Assembly: GCA_963817385.1 (NCBI GenBank)
Contig: CAWFOM010000007.1
Location: 1-64,000, forward strand
Origin: an uncultured delta proteobacterium
GTDB lineage: Bacteria > Desulfobacterota > Syntrophia > Syntrophales > UBA5619
Length of the DNA: 64,000 nt
Reading direction: 5' to 3'
The position numbers and the translations under genes were made by a program. Below are positions 19,219 through 30,059 of the stretch, piece after piece. The notes under the pieces are model-generated. The model saw only the letters and a program-made list of their open reading frames with translations. It did no database searches and had not been told where the DNA came from. Each line of letters opens with the position of its first letter. The stretch's first letter is position 1.

Positions 19219-19403
19219 AGCAAAAAGCATGCTCGCTCCCTAACTACTCTGATTTACAGACATTATTTAATTGATGGATGGAAAGTTAAGTATTTTTGTA
19301 AAGAAATTCGACAGTTGTTAAAAGATTTGCCGATCAATAATATTAAGTTTTTATTTAATATCATACACATAGCGATATCATGTAACTGTAAAGTATCCCG
19401 ACA
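19219..19403 (-). promoter_or_regulatory. Degenerate sigma54 promoter plus two PEP-CTERM-type enhancer boxes
   Basis: Minus strand CGAGCATGCTTTTTGCT (19235-19219); TGTAAAGAAATTCGACA (19297-19313) and TGTAAAGTATCCCGACA (19387-19403). Confidence 0.65.
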
Positions 19404-19770
19404 TTTGATTCTATCAGCAATCTTTTAATCTCACATTCCTTTAAAACTAACGACTTGTAGGAGCCGCTAACCGGTAACAGCCCCTTTCCCCATAATCAAA
19501 GCTGTCGAGTTCGGGCCGAAAGCAGCTATTAATTCAGATCGAGCCGATTTCTCGACTTCAATAAAAAAGCGATAGCGCGGAAAAGAGCAGGAATAAGGGA
19601 AAGAAGGGTTCACTGTTTCAAAAGGACTTGAGGCAAGGGACAGAGCCCGCAGGGGGCATTAATTTCCCCAGATGTCGGGGCCGGAGGGCCGGCAGGTGTT
19701 TCGTCCCTGCGGTGCGTCGAACAACAGTTACGGGCTCGAAGGCCCCGCCCGCCAGAAGCGCGCCCCGTGT

Positions 19771-21111
19771 TTAACAGGCGGTCTTTTCAACATCATCGCC
19801 CGGTTGCTTTTTGATTCGGGCGATTTTCACCTTGAGGATGGCGGTTTTCGTCACCTCCTCGCAGGTGAGAAGGAAATCCTGCCACTCCAGGGTTTCCCCC
19901 TTTTCCGGAAAACGTCCCAGCCGGTCGAGGATCAACCCGGCCAGCGTGTAGTACGGGAGGAAATCCCCCAGTTCGACCCCCAGCAAATCCTCAAGGTCAT
20001 TGACGGGGATGAGGGCGTCCACCAGCAGGCTGCCGTCGGGGAGCTTCTGACAACGGCGCATTTCTCCTACGTCGTGCTCATCTTCGATCTCCCCTACAAG
20101 CTCTTCGAGGAGGTCCTCGGTTGTGGCAAGACCGCTCAGGATGCCGTATTCATCGACGACGAGCGCCATCTGTATCCGTTTGCGCTGCATCTCTTTGAGC
20201 AGGCTGCTCACCTTCTTTCCCTCCGGTACGAAAAGCGGGGTCCTGATGATCCCGGCCAGGTCGAATTCGCCTTCGGTGAAGATCCGGCCGAGGAGGATGT
20301 CCTTCGTATGGACAAATCCGATGACATGATCCATGTCGCCCCGGTAAACCGGATAACGGGTGTACAAGTTTTCCCGGACCGCCCGGAGGATCTCCTCGCG
20401 CGGGAGCTCCAGGTTCAGGGCGACGATTCTGGTCCGGGGCACCATCACCTCGCGGACGCTCGTGTGGGTGAATTCGAAGATGTTTTCGATATACCGGTGT
20501 TCGGTCTCGGTCAGGGCGCCTGCTTCGCTCCCCTCCGAAAGGACCTGTTGCACCTCCTCCCGCGTAACGAAGGCCTGTCCCGCCTTCGGCGTGATTCCGA
20601 AAAGCCAAAGGACGGCGCGGTTGGAGAGAGTGAGAAACCGGACGGCGACAACCGTGATGATCGACAGGAGATGGATCGGCCTGGCGACTCTCAGGGCGAT
20701 TCGGTCCGCATACTGCAGGCCGATGGTCTTGGGGGCCAGTTCACCGACAACGAGGAAGAGATAGGATATTCCGATCACGACGGCGGCGATGGAGAGAGGC
20801 TCCGCGGCATGTTGGATGAACGGTACGGGAACGGACCTCAACAGGGGTTTGAGGTACTGGATGGCCGCCGCGCCGCCGACGGCCGAGGCAAGTGAGCCGA
20901 CGACGGTGACCCCGATCTGGACGGTCGCCAGAAAGCGGTGCGGGTCCTTCTGGATCTGTTCGACCAATTGTGCGTGAGGATTGCCTGCCGCGGCGAGGCT
21001 CGCGATATGGCTCTTCCGGGCGGAAATGACTGCCAGCTCGGAACCGGCGAAAAAGCCATTGGCCAGGATCAAGAGCAGGATAAGGACAAATTCATTGAAG
21101 AGCACTTCCAA
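19771..21111 (-). CDS. Hemolysin/CorC (CNNM-CBS-CorC) family protein
   Basis: NGFFAGSELA, GELAPK, VREVMVPR, VVDEYG, EDLLEELVGEIEDEHD. Confidence 0.92.
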   Translation of the reverse strand: MEVLFNEFVLILLLILANGFFAGSELAVISARKSHIASLAAAGNPHAQLVEQIQKDPHRFLATVQIGVTVVGSLASAVGGAAAIQYLKPLLRSVPVPFIQHAAEPLSIAAVVIGISYLFLVVGELAPKTIGLQYADRIALRVARPIHLLSIITVVAVRFLTLSNRAVLWLFGITPKAGQAFVTREEVQQVLSEGSEAGALTETEHRYIENIFEFTHTSVREVMVPRTRIVALNLELPREEILRAVRENLYTRYPVYRGDMDHVIGFVHTKDILLGRIFTEGEFDLAGIIRTPLFVPEGKKVSSLLKEMQRKRIQMALVVDEYGILSGLATTEDLLEELVGEIEDEHDVGEMRRCQKLPDGSLLVDALIPVNDLEDLLGVELGDFLPYYTLAGLILDRLGRFPEKGETLEWQDFLLTCEEVTKTAILKVKIARIKKQPGDDVEKTAC

Positions 21112-21304
21112 GGTTATCTCCTCCCTTCGGAAGCCGCGGAAGAGGATTTTCCCTTCCGGGCGCTTGTTACGGAAACAGGTTAACGCTGAAACCATGCGGG
21201 TTGCCGACGGAAAATACTTCGCCGGTTGTCACGGATGCCGGCCCTTGGAGGCGACCGGCGGGAAGCGCGGTTTCTTGCGGGGCAGGCCCTGGCAATGACT
21301 CCTC

Positions 21305-21979
21305 TTAGGGTAACTTTTTCTTCCTTACCAGACCGAGGAGTTCTTCATGATAATAATAGGCCAGAGCTACGATCAGGGCGCTTGTTCCGAGAATGGCCGC
21401 CATCGCGATATTCTGGCCGTTGCGTGCACAGTTTCCGCTGACGGAGAGCATGACGGTGCCCAAGAGACGCCCGGTGGTGCAGACGACCAGGAAGGTCGAG
21501 GTCTTCATGCGGCTGAGGCCGATCAGGTAGGAGAGGGCATCCTTGGGAAACCCGGGGATCAGAAAAAGGATGAAGGTGATGAGTATTCCCCGGTGCTCCA
21601 TGAAGTAATCGTACTTCTCGATGATCTGTGGGCTGATCACCTTTTCCACGAACGGCAGGCCGAGCCGGCGGGCGAGGACGAAAGCGATCCACGAACCGAT
21701 GGAAAGCCCGATTGTGGAGTAGAGGGTACCCAGAACGGGGCCGTAGAGATATCCCCCGATAAAGCCGTTGACTTCGCCGGGAATCGGTGCCACGATCACC
21801 TGAAGGATCTGGAGACCGATGAAGATCACCACGGAGAGGGGGCCGAACGAGTTGATGAAGTTGATGAGTTTCCTTCGGCTGATGAAGAAGCTGTAAAGGT
21901 CGTAATAGAAAAACAGGAAAACGGCGGTGATGAGCAGGGCAAACAGGATCATTATTTTGATGACGGCGTTTTTGTTCAT
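21305..21979 (-). CDS. TVP38/TMEM64 (VTT/DedA-like) membrane protein
   Basis: LQVIVAPIPG, FLIPGFPKD. Confidence 0.85.
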   Translation of the reverse strand: MNKNAVIKIMILFALLITAVFLFFYYDLYSFFISRRKLINFINSFGPLSVVIFIGLQILQVIVAPIPGEVNGFIGGYLYGPVLGTLYSTIGLSIGSWIAFVLARRLGLPFVEKVISPQIIEKYDYFMEHRGILITFILFLIPGFPKDALSYLIGLSRMKTSTFLVVCTTGRLLGTVMLSVSGNCARNGQNIAMAAILGTSALIVALAYYYHEELLGLVRKKKLP

Positions 21980-22119
21980 CTGTCGGTGACCATTGTTCTT
22001 TCTATCCCGGCGAGTCGTTCCCCGGCCCTGTGCGCGCATTCGCTTCATACAATTGTCGGTCAAATTAACAAAACAGCCGGAGATTGTAAAGCAGGATATT
22101 TTTTCGGAAAGGATTCGCT

Positions 22120-23901
22120 ATGACTGTTCAAAATGCAAAATTGAATGAATGGGTTAAGGAAACGGCCGCTCTGTGCCTACCTGACGCCGTCGTCTGGTGC
22201 GACGGAAGCAGCAAGGAGTATGACCGTCTGATGAAGCGGATGGTGACGAGCGGCATGGCCATCCCGCTTGCCAAACGCCCCAACAGCTTTCTCTTTCGAT
22301 CCCAGCCAAGCGATGTGGCGCGGATCGAGTCGCGAACCTACATAAGCACGGCCAGCAGGGACGATGCCGGTCCGACCAACAACTGGGTCGACCCGGGAGA
22401 ACTCAAGGCGAAGATGAGGGGTCTCTACCAGGGCTGCATGCGGGGACGCACCCTGTACGTGATCCCCTTTTCCATGGGGCCCGTCGATTCCCCGATTGCC
22501 AAGATAGGCGTCGAAATCACAGACAGCCCGTACGTTGTCTGCAATATGCACATCATGACGCGTGTCGGCGCCAAGGTGATCGAGAAACTTGGGCCTGACG
22601 GCGAGTTCATCCCCTGCCTGCATTCGATCGGCGCACCGCTTGCCCCGGGTGAAAAGGATGCATCCTGGCCCTGCGCTCCTCTGGAAAACAAATATATCAG
22701 CCACTTCCCCGAAGAGAACCTCATCTGGTCGTACGGGAGCGGTTACGGCGGCAACGCCCTGCTCGGGAAGAAATGCCTGGCCCTCCGCATCGCCTCGGCG
22801 ATGGCGAAGCGAGAGGGATGGATGGCCGAACACATGCTGATCCTGCGTCTGACGGGCCCCGCAGGCAGGAGGTTCCATATTGCCGCCGCCTTTCCCTCAG
22901 CCTGCGGCAAGACCAACCTCGCCATGCTCACGCCGACCATTCCCGGGTGGAAATGCGAGACGATCGGCGACGACATCGCCTGGATCAAGATCGGCCCCGA
23001 CGGCAGACCCTATGCCATCAATCCCGAATGCGGCTTCTTCGGAGTCGCCCCCGGTACCTCCTATCAATCCAACCCGAACGCCATGGACACCCTGAAGGAG
23101 AATATCATCTTCACCAACTGCGCCCTGACCGATGACGGCGACATCTGGTGGGAGGGGATGGACGGCAAGCCCCCCCGCCATGCCATCGACTGGAAAGGCC
23201 GGGACTGGACCCCCGCAAGCAAGGAGCCGGCAGCCCATCCCAACTCCCGCTTCACCGCCCCGGCCGGGCAATGCCCGGTTATCTGTCCGGACTGGGAGAA
23301 GCCCGAGGGTGTTCCGATCGACATCTTCATCTTCGGCGGCCGCCGTTCGGACGTCATGCCCCTGGTTCACGAGGCCACCAGTTGGGATCACGGCGTATTC
23401 ATGGGCGCAACCGCCTCCTCGGAGACCACCGCGGCCAATATCGGCGCCGTGGGCAATCTCCGGCGCGACCCGTTCGCCATGAAGCCCTTCTGCGGCTACA
23501 ACATGGCCGATTACTTCCAGCATTGGCTGACGATGGGAGACCGCTTGGGTAACAAAGCCCCGCGCATCTTCTACGTTAACTGGTTCCGCAAGAGTCCGGA
23601 GGGCAGGTGGCTCTGGCCAGGCTTCGGCGATAACAGCCGCGTCCTGAAATGGATGTGCCAGCGGATCGAGGGGACGGTTGGGGCCGTTGAAACCCCCATC
23701 GGCCTCATGCCGAAGGAGGGAGACCTCGACCTTACGGGGCTTGCCGTCTCCGCTCAAGATCTCAAGGAACTCCTGCGCGTCGACGGTGATGCGTGGAAGG
23801 CCGAGCTTTCCGACATCGAGAGCCAATTCGCCACGTTTGGCGACCGGCTTCCCGAACGGCTCCGGAAACAGCTCAGCGACCTCAGGCGTCGCCTGGGTTA
23901 A
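22120..23901 (+). CDS. pckG: Phosphoenolpyruvate carboxykinase (GTP)
   Basis: [39 protein letters not shown]. Confidence 0.97.
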   Translation: MTVQNAKLNEWVKETAALCLPDAVVWCDGSSKEYDRLMKRMVTSGMAIPLAKRPNSFLFRSQPSDVARIESRTYISTASRDDAGPTNNWVDPGELKAKMRGLYQGCMRGRTLYVIPFSMGPVDSPIAKIGVEITDSPYVVCNMHIMTRVGAKVIEKLGPDGEFIPCLHSIGAPLAPGEKDASWPCAPLENKYISHFPEENLIWSYGSGYGGNALLGKKCLALRIASAMAKREGWMAEHMLILRLTGPAGRRFHIAAAFPSACGKTNLAMLTPTIPGWKCETIGDDIAWIKIGPDGRPYAINPECGFFGVAPGTSYQSNPNAMDTLKENIIFTNCALTDDGDIWWEGMDGKPPRHAIDWKGRDWTPASKEPAAHPNSRFTAPAGQCPVICPDWEKPEGVPIDIFIFGGRRSDVMPLVHEATSWDHGVFMGATASSETTAANIGAVGNLRRDPFAMKPFCGYNMADYFQHWLTMGDRLGNKAPRIFYVNWFRKSPEGRWLWPGFGDNSRVLKWMCQRIEGTVGAVETPIGLMPKEGDLDLTGLAVSAQDLKELLRVDGDAWKAELSDIESQFATFGDRLPERLRKQLSDLRRRLG

Positions 23902-23941
23902 AAAAAAGGGCGTCCTCTTTCGAAAAAAAGGACGCCCTTTT
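23901..23941. terminator. Bidirectional terminator between convergent pckG and garR
   Basis: AAAAGGGCGTCCT / AGGACGCCCTTTT. Confidence 0.85.
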
Positions 23942-23955
23942 CTGTTTTACGGATC

Positions 23956-24840
23956 TTAGCGGTGCAGCTCGATCCCGGCCAGTTTTTCATAGTACCGCAC
24001 CAGGGCGCTATGATCGGAATCCCCATACTCTTCCTTCAGTGACTGCATCATCGCCATTGTCTGGCTGCTGAGCGGCGTCGGCGCATCGATCGCCTTGGCC
24101 GTCTCCAGGATGTTGTTTAGATCCTTGATATGGAGGTTGATCCGGAAACCGGGCTTGAATTTCCGGTCCATCATCAGCGGGGCCTTGGCATCGAGGACCG
24201 TGCTGCCGGCCAGACCGCCGCGGATCGCCTGATAGACGAGATCGGGATTCACCCCCGCCTTGGTGGCCAGGACGAGCGCCTCGGAGACGGCGGCGATGTT
24301 CGCGGCCACAACGATCTGGTTGGCCAGCTTCGTAACGTTGCCGGCCCCAATCTCTCCGCAGAGGACCACCGAGGCGCCCATTGCCTTCATGAGGGGGAAG
24401 AACTCATCGAAATCGACCTTCTTGCCGCCGACCATGATCGACAGCGTTCCGTCGATCGCCTTGGGTTCGCCGCCGCTTACCGGGGCGTCCAGCATCCGGA
24501 TCTTCTTTTCGGCGAGCTTGGCGGCGACTTCCCGGCTGACAAGCGGAGCGATCGAACTCATGTCGATGAGGATTGAACCGGGCTTGGCCGACTCGATGAC
24601 GCCACCCTTTCCCAGGACAACCTCCTTCACCTGGGGGGAGTTGGGGAGCATCGTGATGATCACCTCCGTCTTTGCGGCCACATCCTTCGGGGAGGTCCCT
24701 TTTTCCGCGCCGGCGCCCACGACCTCTTCGACCGCGGCGGGGACGATGTCATAAACTACCAGTGGATACCCCGCCTTCAGCAGGTTCTTGCTCATGGGCT
24801 TTCCCATGATTCCCAGTCCGATAAAACCGATCTTCTTCAT
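23956..24840 (-). CDS. garR: 2-hydroxy-3-oxopropionate (tartronate semialdehyde) reductase
   Basis: GFIGLGIMGKPMSKNL, DAPVSGGEPKA, KLANQ, PGFRINLHIKDL. Confidence 0.9.
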   Translation of the reverse strand: MKKIGFIGLGIMGKPMSKNLLKAGYPLVVYDIVPAAVEEVVGAGAEKGTSPKDVAAKTEVIITMLPNSPQVKEVVLGKGGVIESAKPGSILIDMSSIAPLVSREVAAKLAEKKIRMLDAPVSGGEPKAIDGTLSIMVGGKKVDFDEFFPLMKAMGASVVLCGEIGAGNVTKLANQIVVAANIAAVSEALVLATKAGVNPDLVYQAIRGGLAGSTVLDAKAPLMMDRKFKPGFRINLHIKDLNNILETAKAIDAPTPLSSQTMAMMQSLKEEYGDSDHSALVRYYEKLAGIELHR

Positions 24841-24863
24841 TTCTTCAGCTCCTTATCGTTATA

Positions 24864-25649
24864 TTATAGTTTATAGCCATACGCTGCCAACCATGCAAGT
24901 GAAGTCAGCGTGTCCGGTGTCGGGATGTACTCCAGGGAAACGAACCCCGGGTAGCCGAGGCGATCAATCTCCGAAAACAGAAAATGAAAATCCGTCTCCC
25001 CGGTGCCGGGTTGGTGGCGGCCCGGACAGTCCGCAATCTGGATATGTCCGATCCGTTCGACATGGTCACGGAGGATTGCGCCCACGTCTTCATTCTCGCG
25101 CCGGGCATGATAGATGTCGAACTGCAGATAAGCGTTGGGATGGCGGATCTCTCCGATGAGTTTGAGGACCTGTGCGCAGGTGTTCAGGGCGAAGCCGGGT
25201 ATGTCGAGGTGATTGATCGGTTCCACCAGAAGCCTGATACCCTCTTTTCCCAATGCTTCTGCAGCGTACCGGAGATTATCCGTAAGGGTTTCCCAGGTTT
25301 CTCCGTCCGAGAGATCCTGGTGCTTCAGACCGACCAGACAGTTCAGGCGGCTGACGCCGAGCGCCTTTGCCGCATTGATACCCTTGGCCACCCCCGCCCG
25401 GAATTCTTCCCTGCGCTCCGGATTTCCCGCTGTCCCGCGGTCTCCAGCCGCCCAGTCGCCGGCGGGGAGGTTGCACAGGATCAGCTGAAGCCCTGTTGCT
25501 TTCAGCTGCGCCTTGATATCGTCCATCGCATAGTCATAGGGGAACATGAACTCTACAGCGTTAAAACCCGACTTGCGCGCCGCGGAAAACCGTTCCATAA
25601 AAGGCATTTCCGTGAAGAGAAATGTCAGATTCGCTGCAAAGTGTGGCAT
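24864..25649 (-). CDS. hyi: Hydroxypyruvate isomerase
   Basis: FAANLTFLF, NLPAGDWAAGDRG, EPIN, HIQIADCPGRHQPGTGE. Confidence 0.92.
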   Translation of the reverse strand: MPHFAANLTFLFTEMPFMERFSAARKSGFNAVEFMFPYDYAMDDIKAQLKATGLQLILCNLPAGDWAAGDRGTAGNPERREEFRAGVAKGINAAKALGVSRLNCLVGLKHQDLSDGETWETLTDNLRYAAEALGKEGIRLLVEPINHLDIPGFALNTCAQVLKLIGEIRHPNAYLQFDIYHARRENEDVGAILRDHVERIGHIQIADCPGRHQPGTGETDFHFLFSEIDRLGYPGFVSLEYIPTPDTLTSLAWLAAYGYKL

Positions 25650-25875
25650 AAAAGTTCCTCCTGTCTGATTGCTGTCGCTCCGTTTACCGTCTTGATCTCA
25701 AGAGATCATGATAGTTTAGATATTGCCTCTCCTCACCGCCCTTCAGGCAATTGAAACGAACCTGTTGACGGGAGAGATGAATGCGTTTCTTACGAGCGGC
25801 AAAATATCATCATTGGAGAAAAACGTCAATTCTTATCCGGGAAGAAAAGATGAATCTTTAATGAAAAATAAATTC

Positions 25876-25926
25876 TTGACAAACGATATAAAGGACGGCA
25901 TAAGATCAGACGAAGTGGTAAGACCA
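25876..25926 (+). promoter_or_regulatory. sigma70-type promoter and FadR-family operator upstream of the cdc48-oor cluster
   Basis: TTGACA(25876)-17 bp-CATAAG; palindrome TGGTAAGACCA at 25916-25926. Confidence 0.55.
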
Positions 25927-25968
25927 TCATTCCAGCAGTCCAATTAGCAAGGCAATCAGGAGTTCCGT

Positions 25969-28170
25969 ATGACGACTGAGCTTGCGGTAGACGAGATGAG
26001 ATTAAAAGTCTCGGAGATTTTTATCGAAGACGTTGGCAAGGGGTTGGCGCGCCTTGACCCTGATGACGCGCGGGCGTTGGGCGCTTCTCTCGGGGATGTT
26101 GTAGAAATCGTTGGAGAAAAAAAGACTGTCGCGAGGGTTTCGGGAATCTTTCCCGAATACCTTGGCAAAAAAATCATCCAGATTGACGGCATCACCCGTG
26201 AGAATGCACGGGTTCAAATAGGCGGCACGGTAGAGATTAAAAAAGCGCCTCGGCAAACGGCGACAGCCGTAGTGCTAACCCCGGTGGAATCAGGAAACTG
26301 GTGGCCTGACGAAAGCGAGGTTGGATACATTGGAAAGATGCTTCAGGGGCTGGCAGTAATTTCCGGTGACGAACTGAACATTCCGCTTTTTGGGGGCAAG
26401 GACCGGTTCTTTTCCGTGGACGGTACGTTGCCTAACGGTCCGGTAATCATCAATCAGCAAACCAAGTTCACGGTCAACAAACCCGACTATAGCGAAAAGG
26501 CGGACTCCCGTATCTCGTACGAGGATATCGGCGGGTTGGAACGGGAGCTGAGATCCGTTCGGGAGATGGTCGAGATTCCTTTACGCTACGGAGAAATCTT
26601 CGACCGGCTGGGTATCCAGGCACCAAAAGGACTGCTCCTCTACGGACCGCCGGGAACCGGGAAAACCCTCATTGCCCGGGCCATTGCGGGAGAAGCGAAG
26701 CTCCATTTCATCAGAATCAACGGACCGGAAATAATCCAGAAATTCTACGGCGACAGCGAGGCGAGGCTACGGGAGATATTTGAAGAGGCAACGCGCAAGG
26801 CGCCGAGCGTCATCTTCATCGATGAAATTGACGCCATCGCTCCGAAACGCGCCGATGTCATCGGAGATGTGGAAAAGAGGGTTGTAGCGCAGCTTCTCGC
26901 GCTCATGGACGGGACCGTGCCCCGCGGTCATGTCCTTGTGATTGGCGCGACAAATGTTCCGGAAATGATAGACCCCGCGTTGCGCCGGCCCGGCCGATTT
27001 GACCGGGAGATCGGTATCTCGGCTCCTCATGTTGACGGACGATTGGCCATCTTGAAGATTCACAGCCGCCGGATGCCCCTTGCACCGGATGTGGACCTTG
27101 ACCATATTGCTCAGATCACCCATGGGTTTGTCGGGGCGGATGTGGAAGCGTTGTGCAAAGAGGCGGGAATGGCTGCCGTGCGGAGATATCTGCCGGTGGG
27201 TGCTATCGGTAATTCCGACCGTCTGCCCGTTACTCCGGAACACATGCAGGTTTCCCGGGAGGATTTTATGATCGCCCTCAGGGAGGTTGAACCGACGGCA
27301 ACCCGCCAATTCTTCAACGAGCGGTCTACCTTAAAGCTCAGCGACGTCGGCGGACTGGCGAGGATCAAGGAGACGCTCGTCTCCATCGTCGATTGGCCGC
27401 TGAAATACCCCGAGCTTTTCCATCTGGGCAAGGTCTCGTCCCGCGGCATCCTCCTGTCCGGCCCGTCCGGTACGGGGAAGACCCTCATGGTGAAGGCTTT
27501 GGCGGGAGAGACGGGTTTGAATTTCATCCCGATCAGCAGTTCCATCCTCTTCTCCAAGTGGCTGGGGGAATCGGAAAAAGCATTGCATGAAATATTTAAA
27601 AAAGCCAAACAATCCGCCCCGACCATTCTCTTCTTTGATGAAATAGACGCCTTGGCGCCGAGACGCGGCGCGGAAACCGATGCAGGGGCGGTTGAGCGCG
27701 TGGCAAGTCAGTTCTTCAACGAGCTTGATGGGTTGAGCGATTTGTCCGAGGTCATTGTCATGGGGGCCACCAATCGTGAAGATCTGCTCGACCCCGCCCT
27801 GATGCGGCCTGGCCGTCTGGATTTCATTCTCAGGTTCAATGTTCCTGAGGAGAATGAGCGCTTGGAAATATTCCGCATCAACACCAAGGGAAGACCCCTG
27901 CACAGCGATGTGGATCTTGAGGAGCTGGCGCGCATGACCGAAGGGATGGTCGGTTCCCACATCGCGTTTATCTGCAAAAGGGCGGTGATGATGGCGATCA
28001 CCGAGGTCATTCATTCCGGGCAGGAAAAAACCCCCGACAAACTTCTCGTGTCCGCGGCGCATTTTATGGAAGCGCTTCAGGAACTTCGGGAATGTGAAGC
28101 TCCCTGTACCCAAGGCAGGGTTATGCAAGGGAAAGATTTCAGAAAAAGGAAAAGTCAGGCAAATCGTTAA
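25969..28170 (+). CDS. Cdc48/VCP-like double AAA+ ATPase
   Basis: N-domain (DVGKGLARLD), D1 GPPGTGKT/FIDEID/RRPGRFD, D2 GPSGTGKT/FFDEID/RPGRLD. Confidence 0.93.
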   Translation: MTTELAVDEMRLKVSEIFIEDVGKGLARLDPDDARALGASLGDVVEIVGEKKTVARVSGIFPEYLGKKIIQIDGITRENARVQIGGTVEIKKAPRQTATAVVLTPVESGNWWPDESEVGYIGKMLQGLAVISGDELNIPLFGGKDRFFSVDGTLPNGPVIINQQTKFTVNKPDYSEKADSRISYEDIGGLERELRSVREMVEIPLRYGEIFDRLGIQAPKGLLLYGPPGTGKTLIARAIAGEAKLHFIRINGPEIIQKFYGDSEARLREIFEEATRKAPSVIFIDEIDAIAPKRADVIGDVEKRVVAQLLALMDGTVPRGHVLVIGATNVPEMIDPALRRPGRFDREIGISAPHVDGRLAILKIHSRRMPLAPDVDLDHIAQITHGFVGADVEALCKEAGMAAVRRYLPVGAIGNSDRLPVTPEHMQVSREDFMIALREVEPTATRQFFNERSTLKLSDVGGLARIKETLVSIVDWPLKYPELFHLGKVSSRGILLSGPSGTGKTLMVKALAGETGLNFIPISSSILFSKWLGESEKALHEIFKKAKQSAPTILFFDEIDALAPRRGAETDAGAVERVASQFFNELDGLSDLSEVIVMGATNREDLLDPALMRPGRLDFILRFNVPEENERLEIFRINTKGRPLHSDVDLEELARMTEGMVGSHIAFICKRAVMMAITEVIHSGQEKTPDKLLVSAAHFMEALQELRECEAPCTQGRVMQGKDFRKRKSQANR

Positions 28171-28193
28171 TCTTGTTGAGTAGAAGAGGGTGC

Positions 28194-28901
28194 ATGAAGG
28201 TAGAACTGAAAGTTGTTGAGAAGAAACGGGCATATGAGGATATCGTCCGGCAAGTTCTTGCGCTGATCGAGGGTGGAAAATTGAAGCAGGGCGATCAGCT
28301 TCCTTCGGAACGGGAATTGACGGAAATCTTCAAAGTATCCCGTACGACGGTCCGGGAAGCCATCCGCACCCTGGAGTCAATGAAACTTCTGCAATGCCGG
28401 CAGGGGAACGGCACGTATGTCCTTGCTACAAGCGAGGAGGCTTTGATCCAACCCTTGGCGGCGGCGCTTTTTAACGCGAAGGATGATATTCGAGACATCT
28501 TCGACATCCGGAAAATCATCGAACCCCATGCAGCCCGGCTTGCAGCCGAAAACGCCACCGCGCAGGAAATTGCGGAGATGGAGGAGATCCTCCGGAAGCA
28601 GGAGGCCTGTATTGAACACAGCGAAAACATTATCGAAACAGATTCTGCTTTCCACAATCTTATGGCCAGTGCAACGAAGAACCGGGTCATGGAGCGCCTA
28701 ACCGTCGCCTTGGTCGACTTTTTAAAACAGTCGAGGGAAAATTATCTTCTGGATGACGAACATGGTAACAAGCGGCCGAAACGATCACTGGAAGGCCATA
28801 AGCAGGTGCTTGCGGCGATCAAAAATGGTGATGGCGAAGCCGCCCAAAAGTTGATGTTGCAGCACTTAAAAGAGATCGAAAAGATCGTCTTTCAAAAATA
28901 A
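28194..28901 (+). CDS. FadR/GntR family transcriptional regulator
   Basis: LPSERELTEIFKVSRTTVREAI; FCD-type C-terminus. Confidence 0.93.
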   Translation: MKVELKVVEKKRAYEDIVRQVLALIEGGKLKQGDQLPSERELTEIFKVSRTTVREAIRTLESMKLLQCRQGNGTYVLATSEEALIQPLAAALFNAKDDIRDIFDIRKIIEPHAARLAAENATAQEIAEMEEILRKQEACIEHSENIIETDSAFHNLMASATKNRVMERLTVALVDFLKQSRENYLLDDEHGNKRPKRSLEGHKQVLAAIKNGDGEAAQKLMLQHLKEIEKIVFQK

Positions 28902-29002
28902 GGAGGGGGGTGGTTGACGTTCGGGGCTCATCATTTTGGTAATATGGAGGAAACACGGGAACGAGTATTATCCTATTTACCCAGAACATCAAGGAGGTGT
29001 GT

Positions 29003-29611
29003 ATGGCAAAGGTACACGAAATAACTGTTTGGGCGCGGGGAGTGATCATGGACAAAGAAGGGCGGGATGTCATCAACATCTTTGCCAAAGCCGCGCAAAT
29101 GGATGGCAAGCACGCGCAGGCGTTTGATAATTATGAAGACCTGCCCGACCGCGTCCTCGTTACGGTCCGCAAGTACGTCCGGCTCAGCGATGAGGAGATC
29201 GAACATAAGTACGTCTATACGAACGATAAACCGGAATTGGTCGTCATCACCGAGGAGACCATCATAAAAGGGATCGATATTCTGCGGGGCATGGAGAAGG
29301 GCGGGACTCTCATCGTCAATTCAAAACGTCCCATCGATGAGCTCCTGAAGTTCATCCCCAACGCCAATCTGCTCAGCACGATCGCCACGGTGGATGCCAA
29401 CGGCATTTCGGGGGTCAGGACGGTCGATTTCTCCGGTTCGGAAGGCGGCGTTGATGCATCCGGTATCGGTAAAGGCATTGCGGCGCCGATCGTCGGCGCC
29501 ATAGCAAAGGTGACCGGGATGATCAAAAAAGAGCATCTTGCCAAGATCGTGAGCGACGTTTCCGGTATGGAGCGAGGCTACAACGAGGTCAAGATCAAGA
29601 AGTTAGTGTAG
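29003..29611 (+). CDS. Oxalate oxidoreductase gamma-type subunit (N-terminal part of OorD)
   Basis: 2-oxoacid:ferredoxin oxidoreductase gamma-like sequence (ITVWARG, AFDNYEDLPDR, LIVNS); operon context. Confidence 0.75.
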   Translation: MAKVHEITVWARGVIMDKEGRDVINIFAKAAQMDGKHAQAFDNYEDLPDRVLVTVRKYVRLSDEEIEHKYVYTNDKPELVVITEETIIKGIDILRGMEKGGTLIVNSKRPIDELLKFIPNANLLSTIATVDANGISGVRTVDFSGSEGGVDASGIGKGIAAPIVGAIAKVTGMIKKEHLAKIVSDVSGMERGYNEVKIKKLV

Positions 29612-29689
29612 GTTTGCAACAGGGTATTTCCTGACGGTTAGGCGGAAATACCGGACGTAAACATAACATAGATGCATAAGGAGGATACC

Positions 29690-30043
29690 ATGGCAAAAGA
29701 ACTTCCCGGGTACGGGACCATTAACGTTCCCAAAGAGAGAGAAGTGCCCTTCGGCGCCGTCACCCCGGCGCCGGTCTGCACGCAGGATCTTTTTCAAACA
29801 TCGAACTGGCGGATGGTACGCCCGGTAAAGGACGACGAGAAATGCACGCGCTGCCTTATCTGTTACATGAGCTGTCCGGATGCCTGCTGGGAGTATAACG
29901 AAGAGAAAGACGAAATGTCCTGGGTAGCGAATTTCTGCAAGGGATGCCAGATCTGCATCAACGAGTGTCCGACCGGGGCGCTCACCGCGACGCCTGAGCT
30001 CGACTTTCCGGATGGAGTGGTTCGGTTGGAGAAACCTTTCTAA
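29690..30043 (+). CDS. 2x[4Fe-4S] ferredoxin-like delta subunit of the oxidoreductase
   Basis: WRMVRP, CTRCLICYMSCP, CKGCQICINECP. Confidence 0.88.
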   Translation: MAKELPGYGTINVPKEREVPFGAVTPAPVCTQDLFQTSNWRMVRPVKDDEKCTRCLICYMSCPDACWEYNEEKDEMSWVANFCKGCQICINECPTGALTATPELDFPDGVVRLEKPF

Positions 30044-30059
30044 GAGGAGGAACAATACT

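Noticed and set aside
19672..19770. Possible hammerhead ribozyme on the minus strand (GGACGAAAC)
   Set aside because: No CUGANGA core or supporting stems found
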